From assembly GCA_032718475.1 (NCBI GenBank), contig JAUCBJ010000486.1:1-64000 (forward strand): a DNA stretch of 64,000 nt, in the 5' to 3' direction. The notes under the pieces were generated by a model, which saw only the letters and a list, made by a program, of their open reading frames with translations, was not told the DNA's origin and searched no databases. Positions within the stretch are counted from its first letter, which is position 1, and each line of letters opens with the position of its first letter. Of the stretch, positions 1 to 13,600 are shown piece after piece. Origin of the DNA: Nemertoderma westbladi. Its lineage: Eukaryota > Animalia > Xenacoelomorpha. A program made the position numbers and the translations under genes.

Positions 1-170
1 CTGAGTACAACGCCCCTATACATACTTTTGAGTTACAACATCTCTATAACGCCCACTGAGTACCACGCCCCTATACATCCTATTGAGTTTCAATATCTCT
101 ATAATGCCCACTGAGTACCAAGTCCCAAACTCCTATTAGGTTCCGACATCTCTATACCACCCACTGAGCA
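1..170. repeat. ~55-bp tandem repeat, about 3 diverged copies, truncated by the window edge
   Basis: CTGAG(T/C)A recurs at about 1, 56, 111 and 164 with similar spacers (..TCTCTATA..CCCA). Confidence 0.7.
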
Positions 171-214
171 GGCCTACCAAGTAGTAGACCCACTACCGTA
201 GTACAACATGCCAA

Positions 215-757
215 GTCATCAGGTACTACCGTAGTATTAACCACCTAGGCAACTGGTACGACCGTATAATTAACCGCCTAGGCATCATGTACTACCGTAG
301 TATTAACCACCTAGGCAACTGGTACGACCGTATAATTAACCGCCTAGGCATCATGTACTACCGTAGTATTAACCGCCTAGGCATCAGGTACTACCGTAGT
401 ATTAACCGCCTAGGCAACTGGTACTACTGTATAATTAACCGTCAAGGCAACTAGTACTACCGTAGTATTAATCGCCTAGGCATCAGGTACTACCGTAGTA
501 TTAACCACCTAGGCATCAGGTACTACCGTAGTATTAACCGCCTAGGCAACTGGTACTACTGTATAATTAACCGCCTAGGCATCATGTACTACCGTAGTAT
601 TAACCGCCTAGGCATCAGGTACTACCGTAGTATTAACCGCCTAGGCAACTGGTACTACTGTATAATTAACCGCCTAGGCATCATGTACTACCGTAGTATT
701 AACCGCCTAGGCATCAGGTACTACCGTAGTGTTAACGGCCCAGGCAACTGGTACTAA
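215..757. repeat. 33-bp minisatellite, about 16 copies
   Basis: Unit GGCATCAGGTACTACCGTAGTATTAACCGCCTA alternates with a GGCAACTGGTAC..TATAATTAACCGCCTA variant. Confidence 0.95.
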
Positions 758-3700
758 TTAGCAACAACAGTCTAGCTGTATATACTTACTATTTATTTTG
801 TTTCATTGCTTTGGTTAAAATAACGTGCTACTGGAACCTGCTCCTATCCCTAAATTCATAATTTCGATCAGCATATTAACTCTTGAACATTGCAATTTTG
901 TATGTATAAAAATAAAATAGTACCTAATTACAAATAGTCATTTTAAACTCACCAAATATACTGTAGATTCTCCATTGAATATGTGTGTTCGTGAGAGTAA
1001 AATCAATCCATAAACGACGTCTGATTAAATCTGTAAAATTAAGATAATGATAAAGTTTTTGCAGTGCGAGTAAATATCAAATAATACTTGAAATTGAAAT
1101 TGTTTAGTTTAATGACATATTCGTTAAAGGTAATAAAGTTAAACACTAATTGAATTTGATCATTAAAATTTGCACTCAGCCGTGCTAGATAAAAAGCGCC
1201 GTCAAAGATATGTGCTGTGTGAATAATATTTAAATTAAATAAAATTTTAAATTGACAAACTGAACATAAATAAATATTAACTGAATTAATGGTAAAATTG
1301 AATACACCTGTACACTCTTCAATTTCGTAACAACAACATACATAAACTATACACATATGACAATCAAACGAAATAAAACCGCAATATTTTAAAATATATG
1401 TACTAAATAATTAATTTATTTCAACTATACTGTACGTTTTATCAAGTAATAAAGTGTGCTAATTAGAATTAGGAAAAATAAAATGATTTATTTATTTGGT
1501 GACAGTGGAAGGCTGGATATAGACATAATTAAATGTGTTTTTGCAATAACTGCTGCAGTGCAGTGGTTAGTACCGGTATAGTTTATATTTATTTACATTT
1601 TAATTATCATTTAGATGTTCCATTTGAATATTTAATAGTTATGCAACAGTAATAATTCCAAACTAATTTCAGAATTTTGGGCTGTATACAAATAATTAAT
1701 GTGGTGGTACAAGATTCCGCGTCGAAGGTTACAAAAAGTCAAAGGTTACAACGTGTCCAAGGTAACAAAATTGCTCTTTCGAAAATGGCATGTCAAAGGT
1801 TACAAAATACTTAGTCGAAAATTACCATAAGCGAGTCAAAGGTTACATCATTCAATTACATTACCCCAAGTTTTGGAAGAAGTATTTGTTGGTAATTCAT
1901 GTCAATGGTTACAAATTACGAGTAAATGTAATTATTAATTATAGGATATTAATTTTCACAATATTTACATTGGACCTGAGTAAGAGTGCAATTGAGGGGC
2001 GTGGGTGACGGAATACTGCTTCAACCAAAAATTAGAATTACGTCATTAGGTGCTTCTTAATTTAATTCAAAACAACTTTTAAATGATAATATTACTACAT
2101 ACTTACTACATACTTAACTGCTGAAATTTAGAGCCTAAAAATTCCTATCCCACACTGTGTCACTGGCAACATTCAGTTCCTAGATACGTGTAACATTGTA
2201 CTGGTGCGCCCCTTTGAATAATTTTTAAACACCCAACCCCCTCTCTGAAACAACAATAATAACCCACCCGCAACAATTAAATTAAACAACGTGTATCCAT
2301 CCAAGCAAGCTGAAGTTTGTTAGCTATTCTTTAACATACTTAATAAATGGTAATAAGTTCATCCATCATAAGGGGTTCATCATAAATAAAGTCTGCAATA
2401 ATAATGCAAACTACGAATACGTAGGTGATATTTAGGAGTAGGTTTATTGTCAAAATTACATTCAAATAAAATGCGGCAGAAACTAACTATAAATTTCAGC
2501 AGACATTTTAGACATCAAAAACTTTAAATAATATTGGCAAAAATACCCTGTTAATTTTACATACAGTAATGCATGAATGTGTTTTAATAATGTTTCAAAG
2601 TATCAACTAACAGGCAGACAGGTGGTAAAAGTACAGAGTGCGCAACAATACAATAATGGTGATATGCCTAGGCTAATATAAGCGCAAAACACTTTTGTCT
2701 ATGCTTGTGCGTGGCATAGGCCTAACAATGTATAGGTGCGCGTGCGCCCCATGCTGATTATATAAAAGCACCCCTCCCAATGAAACAAGACCTAGCGATG
2801 TCTCTTACAATCACTTATTAACAGTGGAAACATTAGGCCTAGATTGCTTGAAATGTAAATTTATATACAAAAACTATATTTACAAAACATAAGCCTAATA
2901 AAAACTGAATCTAAATTCTAAATTGAATAAAATGAATAAAATTGTTGTTAATTGAAAAAGTAGATTCACTATATTGAATTGCAGGCCTAAATGCTAGAGA
3001 AGCTATGCCTAAAACTAAGTCTATCTATATCATGCTGATTTAAAGTTAATTCTAATTTCGACACAAATTGCGCCTAAAGTAGATCTACTACGGTACAGTA
3101 CAATGGTAATGGAAACGATAACTAACCTTTCTGCCTTTTGCATTTCGTTTGACTTTGAGTTGAATCAGGAGATAATCGAGGAATAGCAATGATAAAAATA
3201 TCAAAATGATAAAAACAATGAAATATAATTAAACAATAACAAAATTTAACAATTTCGATAATAAAACTAAACACTTATTAGACGAAATAGCCTAATAAAT
3301 ACAATGCAATTGAAACTGAGAGACTTTGAATGTTAATATAAAACGCTGAAAAGTAATAATGCCTATATGTCATTGCTAAGTCTTAAAAACTAAATAGCCA
3401 ATAGCGATCCTTAAAGGAGATGCACCATTGGCTACCCAGGATGGCAACCAATCACATTGCTTCTCCACTTTTCAGTCCTCACTCAATTCCCTGAAACACC
3501 GACAAAGAAAGTAGTGTGCCATGAAGTCTGGAAAACCGGGTTTTGGAAATGGCCTCCACTGGTTTGAGCTGTCAATAACATTACTGAAGTTATTTGATCC
3601 AGAGCCGACCAGATACTTTGCATTCCTGCCATGTTGTTTTGTTCTTTGCCGCAATACCGCTTAGGAGCGATTGAATCAGCGGGGTTCAACAGGGCACGCC

Positions 3701-6089
3701 ATATTTATTGGCTAGAAATACTAATAATACACCTTATATAAATTTATTATATAAATTATACCCATTTCCGTAGAATGCTGGACTGGTATTATTATCTATA
3801 TCATTTGTGTTTCTTTTGATTTCTAACAAAATGTATGATGACAGATGGCTGCGTTTTTTTTGTCTCTAATCAAAACACTAATGTATGAGAAATATAGGAC
3901 ACATAGTTTGACAAAGATATTTTATTCAGTGTTATTGTTGTGGCCGTTATTAAGTAAACAAAAGTAGAAGTGGCTTCTGACCTATTAACCGGACCGTCTA
4001 AATACCGTATTGAAGCTTATATTTGATTTATATTTTACTTGTGTATTATTGACCGGACCCTAATTACCACAATTAAGTAATATCCATAATCTTGTAATAT
4101 GTTAACTTTCGTTTATTGTTTTGGTTCCCCCAAAACGCCTCTGTAATCTGCTAATTACAAACCTGCTGTTTTAAATGGCAATGGGTCCGGTCAATGGGTA
4201 TGGTCAATGCGTCCCGTCAACGTATCCGGTCAATTGAGCAATGTGTTCGGTCAGTAGCCTTTGTCAATAAAAGTATGTGACACGATGGATATGCTAAGAA
4301 ATTTAGTTATTGTGAAAGTTTTTTTAGTTTTCCCTCGTATTCCCTGACTGAATATTCCTGGAAAAGTGAGCACGAAATAGTATTTAATGGAAGCAACACT
4401 TACTATAGATAGGAATCCGACTATAAGAATTCATATATAAGTTAAACAAAACTTATATGGCGTATTGCCAACGGTTTTTGAAAATTGCGCTCATAATATT
4501 AATTTGATAGGACAGAGATATCCTCATGGGATTGAAATTAGATCAATTATATAAGTCAAGTAATTATTAATTAGAAAATTAATTAATCTCATAGTTCAAC
4601 AACTAAATCTCAAAAGAACAACCTCCCCCGACGGGTAGTAGCAAATACTATAGCTTCAAGCCGATAAGCCCTAAAAGTGCACACCTGTCTATTTATGAAA
4701 GTATGTCCTGCGCTGCCTTTTGTCGTTTATCTGTCATTTTTATTTCTGTACATACACTGTAGATAATACAAGTCAAAGGTGATTAAAAGCATTACCATTG
4801 CGAGTTCAAAAAAACATTATTCTCGGTGCGAACTGGCGTGTTGATAGGTAATAATTATATTTTCTCATTTTATTTCATGTGTTGTACACATCACCTTCGT
4901 AGGCCTACTACATGACAAGGCATTAGGGACCGTAGCATTAATCGCCTAGCAATTAAATTGGTACTATACCTAGAGGCAGCTGGTACTACAATATACATTG
5001 GTAATAATTCTAACGAATTATACAAAATAAAATAGTTTTTTGGTTGTTTTTGGGTTATGGTGCGTTGGTCAGGCCAAATCTATAATTAAAAGTCTCATGT
5101 AACTCTAACCTGGGTCATGAGGATCTATATAAAGTGATTGGTACTTCAAATAATGTAGCTATTGCGTCTGATGATTACTTTGTTATTTTTTTATTTATTA
5201 TAGTTTGATATTAGTAATGGAAGTTTTCTTGCCGATAATTTTTTTGTTTTCCTTTGTTTTAATTCTCGTGGTGCTGAATTCATTGTATAATCTTTGCAGA
5301 TATCGGCAGACATTCGAGGCAATCAAAATTTATGACAACAGGACAGTGTGTTCCCGGGCGTTGTGTTCCCGGACAGTAAGTTACCAGACATTATGTTCCA
5401 GGACAATATGTTCCCAGAAAATACAAAAAATGTGGGAACATACTGTCCGCCAGTCAGAATGTAAACATAAAGTGTTACAGATAATTATATATTATTACAT
5501 AGTAAATAAAATGTATAATATATAATATTGAAATTGCAATGTATCATGAATTAAATAAAACTTGATGTTAGGAATTTACTAGCAAAAACATAATTAATAT
5601 TAAATTAATAATACATAATTTTCCTTCGCCCAACGATATACACACTGACATAAATGAAAGAAGCACGAAAGAAGTGTAACATCTGGAAAGATATTAAGTA
5701 GGGCATTCTGTGGTGCGACAGTCAACATGAACTATATCCGGAATTTCACCTTGTGATTGCAATAATTCGAAAAACATAGTGTTTTGTTTTGTGTCCTTAT
5801 CCTAGAGTTGTTTCTGTTTTCTGTTCAAAGAAACATTAGACAAGCGGCAACGATTCGCTTGTTTAACTTTGTACATGGGATGTAAACCTGTGTAAAGAGC
5901 TTCGTAGAAATCCCAAAACTCCCGTGAACACCCCACTCAGCGCCGATGACATTCAAAGATATTCTATTGACTCGGGAGTCCATCCAAAAGACGTAATATT
6001 CAAAGTATTACATTTGTTTTAATACCTCTTTTACCGCTAGAGAATCTAATATTATCTATCTTAACTTCGGTTTGATGAATAACTGGAGT

Positions 6090-6470
6090 CCATGTTGGGC
6101 TCAACTGCAGAGGATACCAAATCTCTGGATGGCACTTTCATAAGAATGCTACGCCGGGTTCATTGTGTCAAGTTACAATGAACACATCTCCGATCAGACT
6201 CTATACAACATTGGAGGTGTTCCCTCAATTTCACCTAGATTGACACTTGAACGAAACCGCCTCCGCTTCGCCGGACTTTGCGTTTACCGTGAGGACCAGC
6301 CAGTGCATAATCTTGTGCTTTGGCCTTTGGCGCCCTCATGGAGCGAATAAGCATGGTGCACAGCCCATGACTTTCTTGAGACGCATCCAAAAGCACACTG
6401 GCCTTGGAAATGCGGATGATCTAGCAAATGTCATGGGAGTTGTGGCGGCGCAATTTTGTCGACAAGTAGG
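6090..6470 (+). mobile_element. Decayed 3' fragment of an RTE-like non-LTR retrotransposon
   Basis: Peptide HISDQTLY..ISPRLTLERNRLRFAGLC resembles the RTE ORF C-terminus (RRLRFAGHC motif). It is homologous to the minus-strand copy at 62600-62910. Confidence 0.7.
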
Positions 6471-8039
6471 CACAGCATTCTTAATATTTATGTAATATTG
6501 TTCATTTACTTACGGCATAATCTTAACTAGTCATGCTCATTATTTATGTATTGGTCTCATTATTCTTTATAGATGTTTCTTCATTCCTTTTCTAAAATCA
6601 TTATTATTACTATGTGCAATATTGTGCAATATTGGACTTTTTTTGAAGAATAAATAAGGGATACGGAGAGTGTTACCTAGCTAGCAACTTGTGTGTCACA
6701 CTTGGAAATATAAATATTATGTATATTGTTTCGGGGAATCCCAACAAATTATATTATAGATACCAACTGACACATAGGTGCGTGGGCCATACCTATTGAA
6801 TTAATATACATTCAGGGCAGAGACCCCCAGGGTTCAAATATTGATGTGGCGCCGTTTGTCTGACTATGTAGCTCCCAAAGGCACTATAAACATTCTTTCC
6901 CTCCAGTTAGTTACAATACGCCCATCCATGTTAATGGCGACATACGTCTAGCACCTTCAAACCACCTAAAATTAAACCCTCCCTCAAATTAATAGGTCTC
7001 TTTCTCCTGTCGGTAGATGAATTTGATTCCAACTTATATGTAATTATATTTCTGAAACGTAAATATAGTGATTACTTTTAAGAAATCACTTTATTTAGTA
7101 TTACTGTGATCTGATATATTTTAGTGATTACTTAAGTATAACGTAAGTATTACTTTACTTAATGTATATTACACTCATAGTCTGGCATGTTTTATATTTT
7201 GGTTTCGAATATTCTATCCGAAGCATAATATTGTTATATAGGGCCTACATCACAAATTAATGAATAATACGTGAAAGTAATATTAGTGAACAATAATTGT
7301 CAATTAACTAGTATTTTGTATGTAAACGGCAATACAACAAAGACAAACTGTAAGCGGAAACCAATAAAGTGGATACTTAGATAAAACTAAAATTACTTCA
7401 AATTTATTAATAATTATAAATATGAATAAAATAAATAATAATTAATATATTAGTGTTTCCTAAGGCAGCTATAATATCATGGTGAATTGGGATTGACTTC
7501 ATTGTTACTACCCAGTTGTATCATATAGTTATAAATTATCCCTATGTGATATTAATTTATTATAAGTTAAAGAGACATTAGCTCAGGGTGGTTAACCCCT
7601 ATCCCACCAGTGGGTACAGATTTACAAACTTCAACCGAATATATTTAGGAAGTTTGCTGACTGTGGACCCTGTCTCATATTACTGGCATATTTGGCCCTT
7701 AAAAGGGCCGTTTGGGTTTAACAAGGTCTATCTTCAAATTAGGAACATATTTGTTATTACAGTATTTTAATGGATATAATAATATAACAATTTAAATGTA
7801 ATTCCCTTTTTTATTATTTTTTTATTTTTTATTACATATATAATGCCATCCATACATACAATTAAATAAAAATACTGATCATCAAAACAGGTTAATATTG
7901 CCAAGTCCCATTATATCGGAACCTCAACATAAACCAATAGAAAGTTAAATAGATTACAATTGTTTTTTTCGTTTTCGTTTTGTTTTATTTTATTTTTTTT
8001 GTTCTTTATTGTTTAATGGAAATTATGTGAATCAAAACT

Positions 8040-8744
8040 TCAAAGGATAGCGAGATGCAGTACTTGTTTTAGGGCATAGTAAAACTTAGCCTGAGATTTA
8101 CTATTGAGATGGATCCCATCTCTCTGTAATACAGTTGTGGTATCTTCGGGTTCGACTAAGCCCTTTACTGCCAGACTAGAACCGTAATTGGTTTCATTCA
8201 GCCAAGAACGCATTTCTTTGTTTACGGCCAAACGATCGGCAGAATATGAAGCGGAGGTTCGGCATCTTATACGAGGAAATAGTTCAACCCAGAGGATTTT
8301 GGAACTAGTGGCATCATGAAAGTTGAATATTTCTGTTTTTAGCGCATTTGTAACATCAGTAACGGAATTGGAACATAAATCGTTCCCCCCCAGAGATACT
8401 ATTGTGAGGCAAGGCTGCTTGCCAGGCTGTGCAAAACTAGAAATTAGTTCGGGAAATTCTTTTACAGTTGGTAAATATTGTCGTGCTGGAGGATGGTACA
8501 CGATGCGGCCGGATTTATGAAGACCCAAATCGTCGATATAGGTACCCTGTTCCTTGTTATAATGGAATTTAGCGTTATCGTTATTGCCCATGAATTCCCG
8601 TAGCAATCTTTTTGTGTGCGAGTCGCCAGTAAATAATATTTTTTTGTTTTCAAGCTCTTCCTCTGTGCACTTAATATTTTGTGCATTTACCCACGCTACA
8701 TTATGACAACCCAAATCCCGCTTCCATTCTCGTGAGTGTGGCAT
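8040..8744 (-). CDS. SGNH/GDSL hydrolase (esterase) family protein, single exon, ~234 aa from the ATG at 8744
   Basis: Block I ILFTGDSH, block III LGGNDL and block V DGIHLN are intact and in order. The track start at 8795 is TTG; the first ATG gives MPHSREW. TATA-like (~8875) and CCAAT (~8928, ~8979) motifs lie upstream. Confidence 0.85.
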   Translation of the reverse strand: MPHSREWKRDLGCHNVAWVNAQNIKCTEEELENKKILFTGDSHTKRLLREFMGNNDNAKFHYNKEQGTYIDDLGLHKSGRIVYHPPARQYLPTVKEFPELISSFAQPGKQPCLTIVSLGGNDLCSNSVTDVTNALKTEIFNFHDATSSKILWVELFPRIRCRTSASYSADRLAVNKEMRSWLNETNYGSSLAVKGLVEPEDTTTVLQRDGIHLNSKSQAKFYYALKQVLHLAIL

Positions 8745-9269
8745 GATTCTTATTTGTAGTGGTTCTGTTGTGTTGGAAATAATGTTGTAACACAATTTTA
8801 AGTTTGTTCCTATCGGATAGTATCAGCGAGTGTTATGAAATCATTAATCTGTGATGTTGATCGTTTTCAATACCTTTATAAAGACGGCAGCTCATACCCT
8901 CTTCGTTACGTAACATTATCCTTTTAACCAATCAGGGAATGCTAATGGCATTCTTATTCATCCAAATGACGCTAGCATCCAATCAAATAATCGTGTGCTT
9001 GTTTGATTGAGATGTGGGGTAGAGCTATGTTTGTTCGCATGTCCGGCTAGTTTGAAAAATTCTGTACCAAAACATTAAGGTTAAGGTTAAGGAGGAAGGT
9101 TCGGGTTGCTGATATTCGAGTGCACGCTGTCCCTGAAACATAATAACATGTACACAATTGTACCTATAAGGGAAATAAATAACTATTCATAAAGTCTATA
9201 ATAAATTGTGTCAAAGGTCCGAATAGGGCGAAGTTCCAAAACTGGCCATTTGGGTCTTTTTGGGACATT

Positions 9270-9990
9270 CTTCCTGTTGCGGAGTTCGGACCATCGTCAC
9301 ATTCGGACCTTCGTCCTAGATGTGTGGGCCCTTCGTTTACGGTCAAGAACTGTAGTTTATAGTGTGGAAACACCTTTTAGAATAAATAAAACACCAATAC
9401 AATTCAACCTTTTGGGACATTCCGTTTATGTGTGGAAATCTTTCTTCGATGGTGTAGGCCTTTCTTCGAGTATTATCATAATGACGTAATTAAATTGGTT
9501 TAAATACATTAACATTTATAAATTTATAAAGAAAGTCGCGTGCCCAGGTCACCGGGGGAAACATAATAATAATAAGGTTTGTTAGGAGGATCTGTTGCTG
9601 GTGCTATTTGTAGTAGTTTAGTTTCCCAGTAGGTAGCCAGCATTCTGTCTGCCCTGATGAAGGCCTGTTAGTATATTATAATTAATTTTAATTATACATT
9701 GGTTGAAATATCGGCAACTCTACCTTTTTTGATCACCAGCAACAGATCCCCTAACAAACCTTATTATTATTACATTTATAAATTAATTAGATGCAATAAT
9801 AGCCTAAACGCATTCAATAAAATAACGACAAGGTCAATAACTAGTATGTCACACTTCACCCCCCCCCCCCCCCCCCTTATTTGTGGAAGACAAAGTTTCC
9901 ATGGGTCAAAGGCAACAAACATTTTTATTTGTTTATCATCCCATGTCGAAGGTCCGAATGACCAGGACGAAGGTCCGAAATTATCTGGAA
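9270..9990. mobile_element. MITE-like inverted-repeat element with a nested ~205-bp inverted-repeat element (9566-9770)
   Basis: Outer arms carry TTCGGACCTTCG / CGAAGGTCCGAA subterminal repeats. Inner arms are TAATAATAAGGTTTGTTAGGAGGATCTGTTGCTGGTG and CACCAGCAACAGATCCCCTAACAAACCTTATTATTA. Confidence 0.6.
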
Positions 9991-10692
9991 ATCTTTCTCA
10001 CAGCTTCATGTGAATTGTAACTCATGCAAACATGGTTAATGAAACTCTCTTGCTTGCTTTGCTTTTGCTTATTGTCCAACGTATTAACGAAATTTAATTT
10101 TCATTTAAGTTAAGCCTTCATACCAAGTAGAGCAAGCATAGTCTATGTGATACTGTATTTACTTTATTAAAGATTAGCAAATCTTGCGAGATCTGGAAAG
10201 ATTCCGTGTTTAAATCGATATTTTTCACCTACTTTCTCGAAGCAGTTATCTAAAACAGCGCCTAAATATCTAACTTCTTCTATCTTATGGCGTTGCGAAT
10301 AAATTTAAAGGAATGCGAACAATTCCGAACGTTAGAGGACGTCCATAAGTTACGTAACAGCAATTTGTAAAATTTTTCACTCCGTCGACCCCCCCCCCCC
10401 CCCCCCCATACCCCCTTAAAACTAAAATATGTGCAGTACTTATTATTGACCTATAATAATGTAAGTCTGATTCAGACATCTGGTGCTGGAAATAACTGGA
10501 GCAGACACCTGTTGCAGCGTTAATGCCCCGGCTCTCACACTGCGATGCCCAGTAGGCATATACCATAAAGTTGCTTCTACAAAGGGACTATGAAAGTACT
10601 TAATGTGTAATGTATTTCAGTTAGCGGTCTGTGTAGCTGTCTGCTTAACATTTACACCCTGTAAAATTAACAAATTGAAGTACTGTAATACA

Positions 10693-13600
10693 CTCTAGCA
10701 AATCCTCCCTAGTAAACTTATAGGCTCTAGCAAGTCCTTCCCAGTAAACATATAGGCTCTAGCAAGTCCTTGCCAGTAAACTTATAGACTCTAGCAAGTC
10801 CTTGCCAGTAAACTTATGCTCTAGCAAGTCCTTGCCAGTAAACTTAGGCTCTAGCAAGTCTTTCCCAGTAAACATATAGGCTCTAGCAAGTCCTTCCCAG
10901 TGAACTTATACGTTCTAGCAAGTCCTTCCCAGTAAACATATAGGCTCTAGCAAGTCCTTGCCAGTAAACTTATAGACTCTAGCAAGTCCTTGCCAGTAAA
11001 CTTATGCTCTAGCAAGTCCTTGCCAGTAAACTTAGGCTCTAGCAAGTCTTTCCCAGTAAACATATAGGCTCTAGCAAGTCCTTCCCAGTGAACTTATACG
11101 TTCTAGCAAGTCCTTCCCAGTAAACTTATAGCCTCTAGCAAGTCCTTACCAGTAAACTTATAGACTCTAGCAAGTCCTCCCCAGTAAACTTATAGGCTCT
11201 AGCAAGTCCTTGCCAGTAAACTTATAGACTCTAGCAAGTCCTTGCCAGTAAACTTATGCTCTAGCAAGTCCTTGCCAGTAAACTTAGGCTCTAGCAAGTC
11301 TTTCCCAGTAAACATATAGGCTCTAGCAAGTCCTTGCCAGTAAACTTATACGTTCTAGCAAGTCCTTCCCAGTAAACTTAGGCTCTAGCAAGTCCTTGCC
11401 AGTAAACGTATAGGCTCTAGCAAATCCTTGACATTAAACTTAGGCTCTAGGAAGTCCTTGCCAGTGAACTTATAGGCTCTAGCAAGTCCTTCCCAGTAAA
11501 CTTATAGGCTCTAGCAAGTCCTTGCCAGTAAACGTATACGATCTAGCAAGTCCTCCCCAGTAAACTTATAGGCTCTAGGAAGTCCTTGCCAGTGAACTTA
11601 TAGGCTCTAGCAAGTCCTTCCCAGTAAACTTATAGGCTCTAGCAAGTCCTTCCCAGTAAACTTATAGGCTCTAGGAAGTCCTTGCCAGTGAACTTATAGG
11701 CTCTAGCAAGTCCTTCCCAGTGAACTTATAGGCTCTAGCAAGTCCTTGCCAGTAAACGTATACGATCTAGCAAGTCCTTACCAGTAAACTTATAGGCTCT
11801 AGCAAGTCCTTGCCAGTAAACGTATACGATCTAGCAAGTCCTTGCCAGTGAACTTATAGGCTCTAGCAAGTCCTTCCCAGTAAACTTATAGGCTCTAGCA
11901 AGTCCTTGCCAGTAAACGTATACGATCTAGCAAGTCCTTACCAGTAAACTTATAGGCTCTAGCAAGTCCTTGCCAGTAAACGTATACGATCTAGCAAGTC
12001 CTCCCCAGTAAACTTATAGGCTCTAGCAAGTCCTTCCCAGTAAACTTATAGGCTCTAGGAAGTCCTTGCCAGTGAACTTATAGGCTCTAGCAAGTCCTTC
12101 CCAGTGAACTTATAGGCTCTAGCAAGTCCTTGCCAGTAAACGTATACGATCTAGCAAGTCCTTCCCAGTAAACTTATAGGCTCTAGCAAGTCCTTCCCAG
12201 TAAACTTATAGGCTCTAGGAAGTCCTTGCCAGTGAACTTATAGGCTCTAGCAAGTCCTTCCCAGTGAACTTATAGGCTCTAGCAAGTCCTTGCCAGTAAA
12301 CGTATACGATCTAGCAAGTCCTTGCCAGTGAACTTATAGGCTCTAGCAAGTCCTTCCCAGTAAACTTATAGGCTCTAGCAAGTCCTTGCCAGTAAACGTA
12401 TACGATCTAGCAAGTCCTTACCAGTAAACTTATAGGCTCTAGCAAGTCCTTGCCAGTAAACGTATACGATCTAGCAAGTCCTCCCCAGTAAACTTATAGG
12501 CTCTAGGAAGTCCTTGCCAGTGAACTTATAGGCTCTAGCAAGTCCTTCCCAGTAAACTTATAGGCTCTAGCAAGTCCTTCCCAGTAAACTTATAGGCTCT
12601 AGGAAGTCCTTGCCAGTGAACTTATAGGCTCTAGCAAGTCCTTCCCAGTGAACTTATAGGCTCTAGCAAGTCCTTGCCAGTAAACGTATACGATCTAGCA
12701 AGTCCTTACCAGTAAACTTATAGGCTCTAGCAAGTCCTTGCCAGTAAACGTATACGATCTAGCAAGTCCTCCCCAGTAAACTTATAGGCTCTAGGAAGTC
12801 CTTGCCAGTAAACGTATAGGCTCTAACAAGTCATTGCCAGTAAACTTATAGGCTCTAGCAAGTCCTTGCCAGTAAACTTAGGCTCTAGCAAGTCCTTGCC
12901 AGTAAACTAATAGGCTCTAGCAAGTCATTGCCAGTAAACTTATAGGCTCTAGCAAGTCCTTCCCAGTAAACTTATAAGCTCTAGCTAGTACTTGCCAGTA
13001 AACTTAGGCTCTAGCAAGTCCTTCCCAGTAAACTTATAGGCTCTAGGAAGTCCTTGCCAGTAAACGTATAGGCTCTAACAAGTCCTTGCCAGTAAACTTA
13101 GGCTCTAGCAAGTCCTTCCCAGTAAACTTATAAGCTCTAGCTAGTACTTGCCAGTAAACTTAGGCTCTAGCAAGTCCTTCCCAGTAAACTTATAGGCTCT
13201 AGGAAGTCCTTGCCAGTAAACGTATAGGCTCTAACAAGTCCTTGCCAGTAAACTTAGGCTCTAGCAAGTCCTTGCCAGTAAACTTATAGGCTCTAGCAAG
13301 TCCTTGCCAGTAAACTTAGGCTCTAGCAAGTCCTTGCCAGTAAACTTATAGGCTCTAGCAAGTCCTTACCATTAAACTTATAGGCTCTAGCAAGTCCTTG
13401 CCAGTAAACTTAGGCTCTAGCAAGTCCTTCCCAGTAAACTTATAAGCTCTAGCTAGTACTTGCCAGTAAACTTAGGCTCTAGCAAGTCCTTCCCAGTAAA
13501 CTTATAGGCTCTAGGAAGTCCTTCCCAGTGAACTTATACGTTCTAGCAAGTCCTTGCCAGTAAACTTATAGACTCTAGCAAGTCCTTGCCAGTAAACTTA

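Noticed and set aside
215-757. 33-bp repeat read as an 11-aa repeat protein (GIRYYRSINRL)
   Set aside because: In-frame TAG at ~452, no convincing start or splice context; the open frame follows from the unit length.
3472-3689. Two short overlapping minus-strand ORFs in a GC-richer patch
   Set aside because: No recognisable motif or splice context; possibly an old TE remnant.
7592-9095. piggyBac-like TTAA-CCC boundary around the SGNH gene
   Set aside because: No matching right TIR could be found.
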